Assembly (NCBI RefSeq): GCF_001194135.2
Contig: NC_068992.1
Coordinates: forward strand, 23,143,097 to 23,207,096
Length of the DNA: 64,000 nucleotides
Source of the DNA: Octopus bimaculoides
Taxonomy: Eukaryota
Reading direction: 5' to 3'
Below the pieces are notes generated by a model that ran no database searches, was not told where the DNA came from, and was given only the letters and a program-made list of their open reading frames with translations. Position numbers and translations under genes: made by a program. Within the stretch, counting starts at the first letter, position 1; every line of letters begins with the position of its first letter. Positions 39,909-52,580 of this stretch are shown here, in pieces.

Positions 39909-41039
39909 GCACCCTGTGAAGATAGCTCCAGATGGGGAACGGATAGTTAAATTTTCGATGCCGGGCGGTTTTTGTGCGTGCGAGCAAAGTTAAGCACACC
40001 TTTAACTTACGGAGACGTCTCTTTGTTTGAACCAATTATTCCTTCATTTTCCAACTATTTGTCATCATCTTCTATGCGAAATGACTTATTAAAATATGTT
40101 TAACTATATTCGTCACTCTTTTCAATTGATAATATTTTCATTAAGATATGAATTTCGTCGTTTCCTTAACGAATAAACCATGCTATGTTGCATCTTATTT
40201 TAGACATCTTATTCATAAATTAAATTGTAATACAGCTTTTAAAACGCGCGCTGATGGCTTTATTTACAAGTTGTACAATATCCTCTAATGTGTGCCATAA
40301 TGACGCATAGTTCTCCACGTCTAAATGAGAAATTGTGCTCCGTGTCCATTCTTGCATTGAATTTCATTGGCTTCCGTGATTTGACTTAATTTAAGTTGTG
40401 TTAAACCTGTCCTTTCGTTCTTCAGCTTAAAAGGATTGAATCCAAAAACTGCCTTGCGTTCGAAAATGCACTATATTAATTACTCAATGAAAGTATAATC
40501 AAACCATTACAGCCATAGTTGCCGTGCTCGGATAATGCTTCTTTTGGCAGTGAAAATTAGATATGTTCACTAACAGGAACGTTTGGATGGCTATCATGAG
40601 TTCATTACTGGTAAGATTGTTCCTCAAATTAAGTGATGTACTGAATCAAATGAACAATCACCTTACGTGGCTAAAATCAGTGAAGTTTTGTTCCCTTGGT
40701 CTAAGTACTGCCAACCTTAATTAATTCTGTTTAATTATTTGGAATAATATTGAAACTGATCATCCATAAATGAACAGTCTGATCATGCATAGAGGAACTT
40801 CCCCCTCTCTTGCACCCTCATCTCGCCTACCTCTCTCAGAATTTTGGTACTTCTCATCAACCAAATTGCCACTATTCCACCCGGAATACCTTTCGAAATT
40901 TATGCTTTTCGGACTCTGCGATCATAGACCTCAGTGTATACACTTGTTGATTTGTATCATAACAATCTCCCACCACTTCTCGAACATTTTGAGCATTTGA
41001 CCGTGTAAACCTCCTACGTTACTAACACACACACACACA

Positions 41040-41085
<46 letters not shown>

Positions 41086-41127
41086 CATATATATAAATAT
41101 ATATAAATATATATATTTTTACAACAG

Positions 41128-41285
41128 GCTTTCAATTTCCGCCTAGTAAATATTTCTCAGAAGGCCTTGGTTTGTCTCAAGCTATAGTAGAAGACACTTT
41201 CCCAAGATGGCACACAGTGGTACTGAACCCGGAACCATGTGGTTGGGAAGCAACCTTTTAATCCGAAAACCATGGCTGCACCTAT
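41128..41285 (-). mobile_element. SINE family B 5' half
   Basis: gctatagtagaagacactttcccaag...ctgaacccggaaccatgtggttgggaagc. Confidence 0.8.
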
Positions 41286-41438
41286 GTTGATAACTTAACA
41301 ATGCTCATTGACACAACTCATATGGTAAGAGAATTCCTAATCCCTTGTAGATCAGAATACAACCACCAAAACACCGGGATATGTATTTTACACATGATTG
41401 TTTCTAATTTAAGCTTTGTTATATATATATATTATATA

Positions 41439-41598
41439 GATGAGTGACTCTGTGGTACGAAGCCCGCTTCCCAAACACATGGTTTCGGGTTCCGACTCAC
41501 TGCATGGCACCTTAGGGAAGTGTCTTCTATTATAGACACGGGCCGACCGAAGCATTATGAGTGGATCTGGTAGACGGAAACTGAAAGAAGCCTGTCGG
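41439..41598 (+). mobile_element. SINE family B 5' half
   Basis: ctctgtggtacgaagcccgcttcccaaacacatggtttcgggttcc...ggtagacggaaactgaaagaagcc. Confidence 0.8.
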
Positions 41599-43011
41599 AC
41601 ATTGTTAACCACTACACACATTTTTTTCTCTTCTTGTTTCTCTCCTTCTTTCTGTGTTCCTTTCTGTGGAAGAGCGTAGGTTGTAAACGTTTAAGCATTA
41701 TTCAATTCTCGAGTGTTATACTAATACATCTGTTTTCTACACCACCTGTCTTCGTCTGTTGCTTTTTTGTGAATTCTCCCCCCCCCCCATATATATATAT
41801 ATATATATANNNNNNNNNNNNNNNNNNNNNNNNNNNNNNNNNNNNNNNNNNNNNNNNNNNNNNNNNNNNNNNNNNNNNNNNNNNNNNNNNNATAATTATT
41901 ACAAATTAAAAGGGTAAAGGATTATCAATTTATTAATTAATAAATCATTTAACAATTAACAATTTTTACCATACGATATACTCTCAGTACCGAAAATGCT
42001 ATTTTATATTACCAAAATGATTGAATATAAATGCCTACAATACAAAAATATAAATGCTAGCAATGCAATGTGCGATGCATAAAACGTGCTTACTAAACAT
42101 ATTTGATATATGTAATTCAAATACAAGTTGATAGTAGAAAATATATTTCGGTCAACATATCGACCATTTTATATAAACGTTAGGAATTCAATTGAAGCAG
42201 AAATTGTTTATTACAACAGAAATAAATGATTTAAATGCATTTAGAGTGTATATTGTGTAACACATTAGCAATAATAAAAAAATAACAAAACAATAATTTG
42301 AGTTCTGGTATCGAAATTAATACTTATATATATATATATAGGTTAGGAGCTAAACTTACTAAAACTAGATAGCACCATAATACTTATTATAGCTTCAAAT
42401 TACAGAGAAAATTTCACACAATAATATCGCAATTATGTTGATGCTGAAGAAACTTTTGTTTTCTTTTCATTTCCATTTTCTATTCTCGTGAAAACAATAC
42501 AAAATAGGCGTTGATGGAACTTCTATAGGAGAGCGAACAATTTTCAATCTCAAATTCTTGAAACGAGTAGAGGCTTACGTCTATATTTTATGGTACTCAA
42601 GGGAAAAACGGATATGCTTTATTTGTTTCCATTTGTTTACACAAAAGCCACCACCGCAACTATCACCGTCTGTTGATATTGAAATGATATTTTGCTAATA
42701 TGCTGTCATTTATCGGTGAGGTCAAAACCAGATACGATAGAATTTCATTCTTCATTGTCTGTGTTACAATAATGTAAGTAGTTCTTGAGATTTAACTATA
42801 TTTCTCTCCTACTTCTTGATATATTCCGCAACACGGTTACCGAGATTAGTTCAAGAAAAACAAAGATATGGTTTACAGCCAAGTGGAGTTCATTGCTACA
42901 GATACCTTTAAAAGAAAACCTAGATTTGAGGTTTCAATGTTTCATTTGTTTTTACATTTGAATTTTAATTATTCAGCGTTCACTATTATATCATTCTATA
43001 GGGAAGCAAGG

Positions 43012-43208
43012 TCAGAGTAATGGTTAGTATGCAGAGCAAACTGCTTAGATGCATTTTATCCGTCTTGACGTTCTGGCTTCCAATTCCGCCGACATTGACT
43101 TTCATTTTCAGAGTCGATAAAATAAGAACCATTTCAACTGTGGAATCGATGCAATTGACTTACCCTCTCCCCCAAAATTGTTGTCTTTGTGCCACAATTT
43201 GAAACCAA
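43012..43208 (+). mobile_element. SINE family A, diverged copy
   Basis: ttccgccgacattgactttcattttcagagtcgataaaataag...ccctctcccccaaaattg...gtgccacaatttgaaacc. Confidence 0.7.
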
Positions 43209-44059
43209 TATTGTTTTATTCTGTTCATGTATCTGTCTCTCAAGGAAAATGTGTGTGTTTGCGTATACATGCAAAACTTCGTGTATAGATATATAAATAT
43301 ATATATATATGTGTGTGTGTGTGTNNNNNNNNNNNNNNNNNNNNNNNNNNNNNNNNNNNNNNNNNNNNNNNNNNNNNNNNNNNNNNNNNNNNNNNNNNNN
43401 NNNNNNNNNNNNNNNNNNNNNNNNNNNNNNNNNNNNNNNNNNNNNNNNNNNNNNNNNNNNNNNNNNNNNNNNNNNNNNNNNNNNNNNNNNNNNNNNNNNN
43501 NNNNNNNNNNNNNNNNNNNNNNNNNNNNNNNNNNNNNNNNNNNNNNNNNNNNNNNNNNNNNNNNNNNNNNNNNNNNNNNNNNNNNNNNNNNNNNNNNNNN
43601 NNNNNNNNNNNNNNNNNNNNNNNNNNNNNNNNNNNNNNNNNNNNNNNNNNNNNNNNNNNNNNNNNNNNNNNNNNNNNNNNNNNNNNNNNNNNNNNNNNNN
43701 NNNNNNNNNNNNNNNNNNNNNNNNNNNNNNNNNNNNNNNNNNNNNNNNNNNNNNNNNNNNNNNNNNNNNNNNNNNNNNNNNNNNNNNNNNNNNNNNNNNN
43801 NNNNNNNNNNNNNNNNNNNNNNNNNNNNNNNNNNNNNNNNNNNNNNNNNNNNNNNNNNNNNNNNNNNNNNNNNNNNNNNNNNNNNNNNNNNNNNNNNNNN
43901 NNNNNNNNNNNNNNNNNNNNNNNNNNNNNNNNNNNNNNNNNNNNNNNNNNNNNNNNNNNNNNNNNNNNNNNNNNNNNNNNNNNNNNNNNNNNNNNNNNNN
44001 NNNNNNNNNNNNNNNNNNNNNNNNNNNNNNNNNNNNNNNNNNNNNNNNNNNNNNNNNNN

Positions 44060-44096
<37 letters not shown>

Positions 44097-44101
<5 letters not shown>

Positions 44102-44494
44102 GATTAATTATTAAGAGTACTAACAGGAGGTACCACAATACTGACAGTGCAGTCAAAATGACCAAACCACGAGTTTTCACTGAAACACAAAGGTGAAAGG
44201 TGGCAAATGAATAAAAAACAGTTTTGTGATGAATAAAGTCTACAACCCTTGCATCAGTAAGACTTGCTGAAGATGATCTAAGGGTATTTCTCAAAGTTCG
44301 ACATCACAGTGATCCGGTATGTCTGACTTTTCAATGTTCGATTATATTCGTCATTGGTAGGAAACTTCGGAGTTTTATTCATTTGCCTGCTTTCACCTCT
44401 GCGCTTAAGTGAAAACTCGTGGTTTGGTCATTTTGACTGTTATGTCAGCATTCCGGTACCTCCTGTTAGTACCCTTAAAAATTAATCAATATAC
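44097..44494. mobile_element. MITE-like element with ~120-bp terminal inverted repeats
   Basis: 44097-44216 is the reverse complement of 44373-44494 (shared gtactaacaggaggtacc and cagtcaaaatgaccaaaccacgagttttcact). The spacer is ~156 bp. Ends lie in TG/CA/TA simple repeat. Confidence 0.85.
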
Positions 44495-45470
44495 ACACAT
44501 GAACTTCTCATAGCACTTCCTTATAAATACAAACGCTTAAGACACAACTTTGTTATAAACTTCTGACTGCCCGAAAGTGTATTTTCTTTAAATTTAAACC
44601 TTTGCAGAAGTAATTTTATAGAGAAACATAATCTCTTGACGTCAAATTATTTTTAAAAATTGTTCTCTTGCTTTGTGAATCGTCTGATTGTTGGACATAA
44701 CCTGCCTTTTACTTGCATAGAGCGATAGAGAAATGCTGTAACATTAGATAAGTACTAACTTTTTAGCTTCTAAACAATATTCTCCTTATCTTTGCAACAA
44801 TAAAGTGCAGTAATGTAGATTAATGTATCGCGCGTTTAGTTTTCACACACCATTAACCCAATGCAATGTGTTAGGAGGTAAATCTTGTCAGTTCTGATAA
44901 GCATAAAGGCTATCAATTCCAACAGTTGTTACAAATACGAGGAACACAAATTATGGCTCTAAACTCCGCTTGATATCCAGCTAGCACACATTGAGAATAC
45001 TTACATTGTAAAGTAATTCTACAAAGTTTTCAAATATAAATGCAAACCTGTTTGTTTACCATTCTTTGTTTAGTTATTTACTCATTCTAAAAGCAACTTC
45101 AATTTTTCACTTAACATTTTAAGAAAACATCGATATTTCTAACAGATTACGCATAATTATCAGCAACCGTCTTGATCTAAATATTAAATACTTTGCAAAA
45201 GGCGGCTTCCCTCTGTACTAACCCGGCTCCAGCAGCAAAACTTAGTAGCAGGTAACCTCCAGGCCAGCCAGCAAACCAACCTGTCTAAGGAAGAAGTCGT
45301 TTCTTCAAAACACACGTCTCGCAAAATGCAGTTCTTTGCTAATTACTTTCACACTGACTGGCCTCCGCTTGCTAATTATCTGCGCACGGAGATTAGGCCC
45401 TCCTCATATACTCGTGCATTAATCGACAATATTTTAAACTGTCGAGTGATTTCGTAACTGTTTGGAATTT

Positions 45471-45471
<1 letters not shown>

Positions 45472-45503
<32 letters not shown>

Positions 45504-45505
45504 AT
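45472..45505. repeat. (TAG)n microsatellite
   Basis: Direct reading. Confidence 0.9.
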
Positions 45506-45619
45506 AGCGGTGGTAGTGATGTTACTAGTAATACAACAAAATTACCAGCCTCGTATATAAAAATGCAACACGTAGGGGAGAGTGTCACAACCGGGCTTCC
45601 CCTTCCACATGCAGCCTAA

Positions 45620-46160
45620 CGTCACTTCCTGTATTTCCACTTGCCGAGAGATAAACCAAGAGAGCTTGAATGTTGTAAAACAGCTGTCGAAATAAAGGAT
45701 GTAATGATATGCTGTACGGTGATGAGGAGGATCAAAATATTTGGTTTTGATGTTCCCTTCCCTACGGGTTGTGTTTTTATGTCAGTCTTTTTTGAGATTT
45801 CTTGGCAGATATCTAACCCAATTGCCATCAGAACAGGAAAATATTCATTTCTGTGAAACGAAGAGATCTTGGAACAAATCTATGGGCAATTTTCAGAAAT
45901 GCCTGACCTGGTACATCTATCAAGGATTTGGGAGCATTTGTGATTCGTGATAAACTAAACAATCATCAGAGTGTCATCAGGCTGGTCTTCCCGAGATGAG
46001 CGCAGATCGATGAAAAATAAATGGTCCAGTACATTTCATACAGTGCTCGTCTGTTGCAGGATATCTTCGTTGTGTATAGACTCGTTGTTGAATAGTAAGA
46101 TGTTTGAAGACACACAATGTGTCTCATAGCGAGCTTTATCAGGAGACCCGGGATGGAACG
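45620..46160 (-). mobile_element. Possible CR1/L2-like LINE 3' relic
   Basis: Minus-strand segments resemble SYEERL..LN..SL..RR and RVTNHxNALP...FK..LDRF..KIPD tail motifs. Heavily decayed. Confidence 0.3.
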
Positions 46161-47164
46161 AAGTCAAAGAAAGTCACTAACCCATCAGATGACGCAATCA
46201 ATAATCAAGTACTTTGAGGGGCATAAAATGCCTCATATTACACTGTGCAATATGCATACGCTTTGGTATATGGTCAAGTTTCATTTGAAGGAGTTTTTTG
46301 ACACTTACTTCTGCCAGGACAAGAAACCACAGAAAGTCACTCTTCTTGTACATTCTTGATGTGATAATTTCTAGTATTACAATGCAACTGTCTCAAAAAG
46401 TCTATAGAACATTATGTTAAGAAGTCCGTATTCAGTAATGAAACATTAAAAGTTTTTCAGTGTTATATTTCACGGTATTTTTATTGAACAGTCAGTGATT
46501 CTATGCTGATATATCACATAATTATCTGAAGATAGACATATAATTGAATTATTGTACAAACTGCTATACATCTAGAATCGCTCATATTGTCATCAAGATT
46601 CTGACAATAACTTTCGATTCATACTCACTTGTGCACCTTATATGTGTAATACTACTTATCTTTTGACAAAGCGAACATAATTGTATTATGAGGAAAGAGG
46701 AAATTGAATGTTGTGGCTGCCATATGCTTCCGAGTGTATAAAGAGCGGAAATGAAGTGTCTTGGCTTCGTTCAGACATTATTACGTGTCACGTTTTCTTC
46801 TTATTGTGAACGTACCTGTTCCTCATCAGCGTTCCTTATTATTTGCAGTATGAGTAATATTTATATCAATAATCTCAAAAAGAGACTGGAAGTTTATTAT
46901 CACACAATATCTTGGATCATTAGTAACACACATATTTATTAATTGTGATTGGTACAACAAATTCTCGTCTTATCTTAACTTTGTATCTTTTTTTCTTTTC
47001 AAAAGTTGAAAGTGAAAAAAAAAAAAAATGAAATTTAGAAGTTCAAAGTGAAGTAGTACTTACAGTCGAAAGTCAGCAACCGTTCAATATATAACCTTCC
47101 TTCGACATGTTACAATTTGCACGAAATGTTACACACACACGCAAATGCGCGCAATATATATATG

Positions 47165-47226
<62 letters not shown>

Positions 47227-48707
47227 TGTGTGGTGAAATTTGACATTACCCTATATGACATTTAACAAAGCATAATTTCAAGTACTTCCAGGAAGCATAT
47301 TTTCACGAATAAATTTTTACATTTACAAATTGACGTTTAAAGTTCTTTAACATTTAAATAAAATGAATTAGAATTTGTAGTGATGTTATAAATGTAAGGC
47401 TGAAGCTGAAGAAATGAAAATATAACTGAAACTAAGGTTTTTCACCGTGAGAAATATGTAACATTTGTTAAGGTCGACGGAGTCGCAACAAGAGTAAACG
47501 CGAATCACTACTGTGGCCTTGAATTTTTTCTCTAAAACAGGAAATACTCAACTGCCAAAAAAAAATAATCATATGAACACAGCCAAACAATGTATTTGGA
47601 GATTTGAATTGCTTTGTATAATTGCCGGGTTTATGTTTAAATTGACCTCTGCTTCTCATACACTAGTAATTTGGAATAATAAAAAGATAATAATTAATAG
47701 ACAGTGAAAAATCAGAGCTAAGTTAAGCCACAATTCCATTGAAATCTCACTCTAAGCCTTCAGATTACAAATATGATAAACAACTAATACAATAATAAAT
47801 TTAATGACACATTGTATATTAGTCTCTCAGAATATATTTAATAGAATTGTGTATTTATATTTCATATCCATTCCATCTTTTATTTCAATATTATATTTTA
47901 TTAATAATATGTTTGTCCTTCATACGAATCACAAAGTATATTTGTATGTTTCCATAAACTACCAGCAGCTGTTTATGTACTTCAGATATTTGCAATGAGT
48001 CTTATATAATAAAAACACACCTCATAACTCGAAAATTTGAAAGCGATACATCATTCACCGGTCATTTATTAAACGTTTTAAACAACCGGCACTCTATGTT
48101 TAATATCATCATTATTGGGTGCCACCCACCTCAACAAGTGTAATACCACGAAAGTAGCCCATTCTCAGTTACCCCTATTCATTACTCAATATACATCGTT
48201 CTATTTAAAATCAGTGCAATCCTTGATATCAAATATCCATGGAATTCAGGGCTCCTCATGTCTTCTCTTAACATATACTTTTACCTCCTACTTACAGACA
48301 CTCTAACCAATTCTTCAGAATTACGTCTCGCAAATATATCACCTTTTTGTGCTACGCGGCAGCTCATCAGCAGACTTCTCTCTGTTTGCATCATATAAGT
48401 CCTAGAGCTGCGATTTATTTCATTTCGAGGTGATCCAAGTACATGGTATTGATAAGCCACAATAATGGCAAAATATGGATACCTACCATCTTCACGAGTT
48501 ATTTTTCACCTAGTCTGGGCCATTGGCTGTTTTTTCAACACTTGGCATCGTGAAAGGAGGTTTCCTTGGACGCTATCGCACAGAAAATGAGCGTATGAAC
48601 AAAACACATACACTACGTGTGTGCGAGAGATAGTGCTTTCACACAGACACACAGACACACACACATACACAGACACGCACATATACACACACACATACAC
48701 ACACAGA

Positions 48708-48751
<44 letters not shown>

Positions 48752-48928
48752 ATTAATATAAGCAGCAGTTTGCAATGTTTCACCAGAGGAGAATTATGTC
48801 ATTAGATTTACTGGGGTGTTAGGAAACAACTACACACAAACACACACAAGCACAAATACACACACACACACACAGAAACACACACACACACACACACACN
48901 NNNNNNNNNATATATATATATATATATA

Positions 48929-49092
48929 CGACGGTCTTCTTTTAGTTTCCATCTACCAAATCCACTCACAAGGATTTGGTCGGACCGAGGCTATAGTAGA
49001 AGTTACTTACGGAAGTTCCATGCCGTGGGACTGAAACCGGAACCATGTGGTTGGAAAGCGAGCTTCTTATCATACAGCCACTCTTGCGCCTT
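48929..49092 (-). mobile_element. SINE family B 5' half
   Basis: cgacggtcttcttttagtttccatctaccaaatccactcacaagg...ggaaccatgtggttggaaagc. Confidence 0.8.
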
Positions 49093-49175
49093 CTGCAGCA
49101 AGTGAATTCGATCTTAAGATTCAGCGTGAAAATTTACATCAACACAATGCAGCCAAACAGAAAAGATCCAATATT

Positions 49176-49382
49176 CTCCTCTACTCTAGGCACAAGGCCC
49201 GAAATGTTTGTGAGGGGCCCAGTCGATTAGATCGAACACGGTACGCATCTGGTGCTTAATTTATCGACTCCAAAAGTATGAAAGTCACAGTCGACCAAAT
49301 TTGAACTCAGAACGTAAAGACAGACGAAATACTGCGAAGCATTTCCCCCGGCGTGTTGATGTCTCTACCAGCTCGACCCCTT
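49176..49382 (-). mobile_element. SINE family A, full length, with 17-bp TSD
   Basis: agaaaagatccaatatt occurs at 49159-49175 and at 49383-49399. Confidence 0.9.
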
Positions 49383-50003
49383 AGAAAAGATCCAATATTG
49401 AAATAATAAACACGATACTATGTATGCACCTCTGTCTCCTTATTGTCACGGTTCTTCTACTCAGGATAAACGCTTAAGACAAAGAATGAGGAATTACTAC
49501 CAGCAAAATTTTGCCTGCAATACAAGATGAAATTTTGAATTTAAAGAACCGATGTCGCTCAGTTAATGCATAATGCAGAATGTGGATAAAATGAGGCAAA
49601 CATCCTGTTTCCTCCCGAAGACTTATCGATAAATAATCTGATGTCGCTGAGAATAAAAGAAATCGCGTGATTTCATTGAACAATAGAAGTTTAAAAACTC
49701 ATTTAAAAGCCACTACACGTTCGTCCTGAATTCATTTTGAAATTCCTTTAAACTCTCTAAGATGCAGATTTGTCCTACGACTACGTAGCAATATGGGACT
49801 ACGTTACACTGTTAATAAATTTATCGAATGCTACATTTTCGCCTGTTCATTCTCTCGTGAGCCTATATGTGTGTGCATATGTGTGTGTGTGTGCGCGTGT
49901 GTTTATATATTTATATATATAAAATAAAGAAATGGGAAAAGAACTCAAAACATCCAGACAGCTAGGTGATACAAAAAAGGGGCAACAAAATATCCAGATA
50001 ATA

Positions 50004-50043
<40 letters not shown>

Positions 50044-50699
50044 TGGCAATATACTACACTTTATCGTGCAGTTACTGTTAATACTTCATTTAGAGAATTA
50101 ACATTGCTTGTTTTCACCTTTTCAATATCAGTGNNNNNNNNNNNNNNNNNNNNNNNNNNNNNNNNNNNNNNNNNNNNNNNNNNNNNNNNNNNNNNNNNNN
50201 NNNNNNNNNNNNNNNNNNNNNNNNNNNNNNNNNNNNNNNNNNNNNNNNNNNNNNNNNNNNNNNNNNNNNNNNNNNNNNNNNNNNNNNNNNNNNNNNNNNN
50301 NNNNNNNNNNNNNNNNNNNNNNNNNNNNNNNNNNNNNNNNNNNNNNNNNNNNNNNNNNNNNNNNNNNNNNNNNNNNNNNNNNNNNNNNNNNNNNNNNNNN
50401 NNNNNNNNNNNNNNNNNNNNNNNNNNNNNNNNNNNNNNNNNNNNNNNNNNNNNNNNNNNNNNNNNNNNNNNNNNNNNNNNNNNNNNNNNNNNNNNNNNNN
50501 NNNNNNNNNNNNNNNNNNNNNNNNNNNNNNNNNNNNNNNNNNNNNNNNNNNNNNNNNNNNNNNNNNNNNNNNNNNNNNNNNNNNNNNNNNNNNNNNNNNN
50601 NNNNNNNNNNNNNNNNNNNNNNNNNNNNNNNNNNNNNNNNNNNNATATATATGTATATATGTGTGTGTGTGTGTGTGTATGTGTGTGTGTGTGTATACG

Positions 50700-50902
50700 T
50701 ATGTCTGTATTTGTCCCCACCATCGCATAACTGATGTTGGTGTGTCTATGTCCCCCGTAACTTAACGGTTCAGTGATAGATACCGATAGAATAAATACTA
50801 GGCTTATAAAGAATGAGTCCTGGGGTTCGATTTGTTCGACTAAAGGCTTTAGTCCAGCACGGGCGCAGTGAAATGACTGAAACAAGTAAAGAATAAAAGA
50901 AT
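50700..50902 (+). mobile_element. SINE family B 3' half
   Basis: tttgtccccaccatcgc...ccccgtaacttaacggttc...atgactgaaacaagtaaagaataaaagaat. Confidence 0.8.
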
Positions 50903-50937
50903 ATATATAAGTAGATAAATGGATAGATAGATATAGT

Positions 50938-50983
<46 letters not shown>

Positions 50984-51400
50984 GAAAAAGACGGATAGAT
51001 GTACAACGCACATACGCATGCACCCACGTAAATGTATATATATTTGAGATGTTGAAATTACATGCGAAGTTTTATTTCACAACTTATATTTTGATTTATC
51101 TATCTGTCATTCTGTCTTTCTATATATGTATGTATCTACCTATGTATCTGTCTGTCTTTCAGTCTGTCACTGTGGATGTACGCGCGCGCGCCTTCCACGT
51201 GTGTGTGACTGTGAGCGTGTGTGTGTGTGTGTGTGTGTCTGTGTGTATCTGTGTTTGTGTGTGTGCGTTGGTCCGCTCTCTCCGCATGCGCGTGTGTATC
51301 ATAATAAAATATATTGCGTTAACTCATAGGAGTAATTATGCTAAGGAGGTCTGAAAGGTGGACTTGGATATTGTTTTTGCAGATAGGATTTAAAAAAGAA

Positions 51401-51616
51401 ATATTTTCTGCTCTTGGCACAAAGCCCAAAATTTTACAGGAGGAGGCAGTCCATTAGATTGACACCAGTACGCAACTGGTACTTAAGTTATCGACCCCTG
51501 AAAGGATAAAAAGGAGAAGTTGACCTCGGCTGAATTTGAACTCAGAGAGTTAAGACAGTTGAAATACCGAGAAGCATTTCGCCCGGATTGCTAACGATTC
51601 TGCCAGCTCGCTATCT
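51401..51616 (-). mobile_element. SINE family A, full length
   Basis: ggcacaaagcccaaaatttt...gttgacctcggctgaatttgaactc...ttctgccagctcgc. Confidence 0.85.
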
Positions 51617-51814
51617 TAAGTGTTAACAATGTTAACATTAACATTATCCTTACTCTATTTTCAAAATATTGTCCCGACATACATGTTCTATGACAGCTTC
51701 TGCCTACAACCTTAGCCGCGACTTCTACTACATGTGAAACCATGCCCACCACTACAACTACAATCACTACTACTGCTGTCATGCCTCGGTTACTAATACA
51801 ACGATAAGAACTGC

Positions 51815-51818
51815 TGTA

Positions 51819-51859
<41 letters not shown>

Positions 51860-51872
51860 CACTACTACTACT
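51815..51872. repeat. (CTA)n microsatellite
   Basis: Direct reading. Confidence 0.9.
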
Positions 51873-52117
51873 CAAAATCGCTCTGGCCAGAGAGCCACAA
51901 CCTACATTTCCCGAGCCATTCTTCTGTTCGAAAACTGTGACTGAAAGACGAGATAATGAAGAGGAGAAAGAAAGAGTATGTACAAGACAGCTGATAACAA
52001 TGTTCAGTGGTTATTGGCCAGCTATGAGCTCTCAACCAGAACAAATGACCTATGCCGACAAAAAAAAAAAAAAAACACAAAAAATAAAGAAACAACAAAA
52101 GAATTATCCCAAGCGAA

Positions 52118-52580
52118 ATATTTCTTTTACTTGTTTCAGTCATTTCACTATGGCCATGCTGGGGCACCGCCTTGAAGAATGCTAATCGAAGAAATTGATC
52201 CCGGGACTCACGTTTTAATGCCTGGTACTTATTCTAGCGGGGTCTTTTACTGACGGTTAAGTTACGGGAACCGGTTGTCTAGCGGTGAAGGGAAGGGGAC
52301 ACACACACACACACACACACACCCACACACACACGCACACACACACACACAAACGCACAGACAAACAGACAGACAGACACACACACACACACTCACGACA
52401 CACACACGCACGCACACACACATACAAGCACACACACGCATCACACACTCACATACGACAGACCTCTTTCAGTTTCCGTCTACCAAATCCAATCACAAGG
52501 CTATAGTCGGCCAGAAGCTATAGTACAAGATACTAGCCCAAGGTCACACGCAGTGGGAATGAACCCGGAACCATGTGGCA
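52118..52580 (-). mobile_element. SINE family B, near full length with expanded internal (CA)n
   Basis: Tail cttttacttgtttcagtcatt, body tttcagtttccgtctaccaaatcc, head gaacccggaaccatgtgg. Confidence 0.8.

Noticed and set aside
46790-46835. Minus-strand CTGATGA-ggaac/gttc
   Set aside because: GAAA is not adjacent to stem II, so probably chance.
48335-48375. Minus-strand CTGATGA-gctgc/gtagc hairpin
   Set aside because: Not followed by GAAA and no cleavage triplet, so too incomplete to call.
51700-51875. Mucin-like Thr/Ser-rich coding segment
   Set aside because: Degenerate (CTA)n microsatellite with stops; the same applies to 61900-62090.
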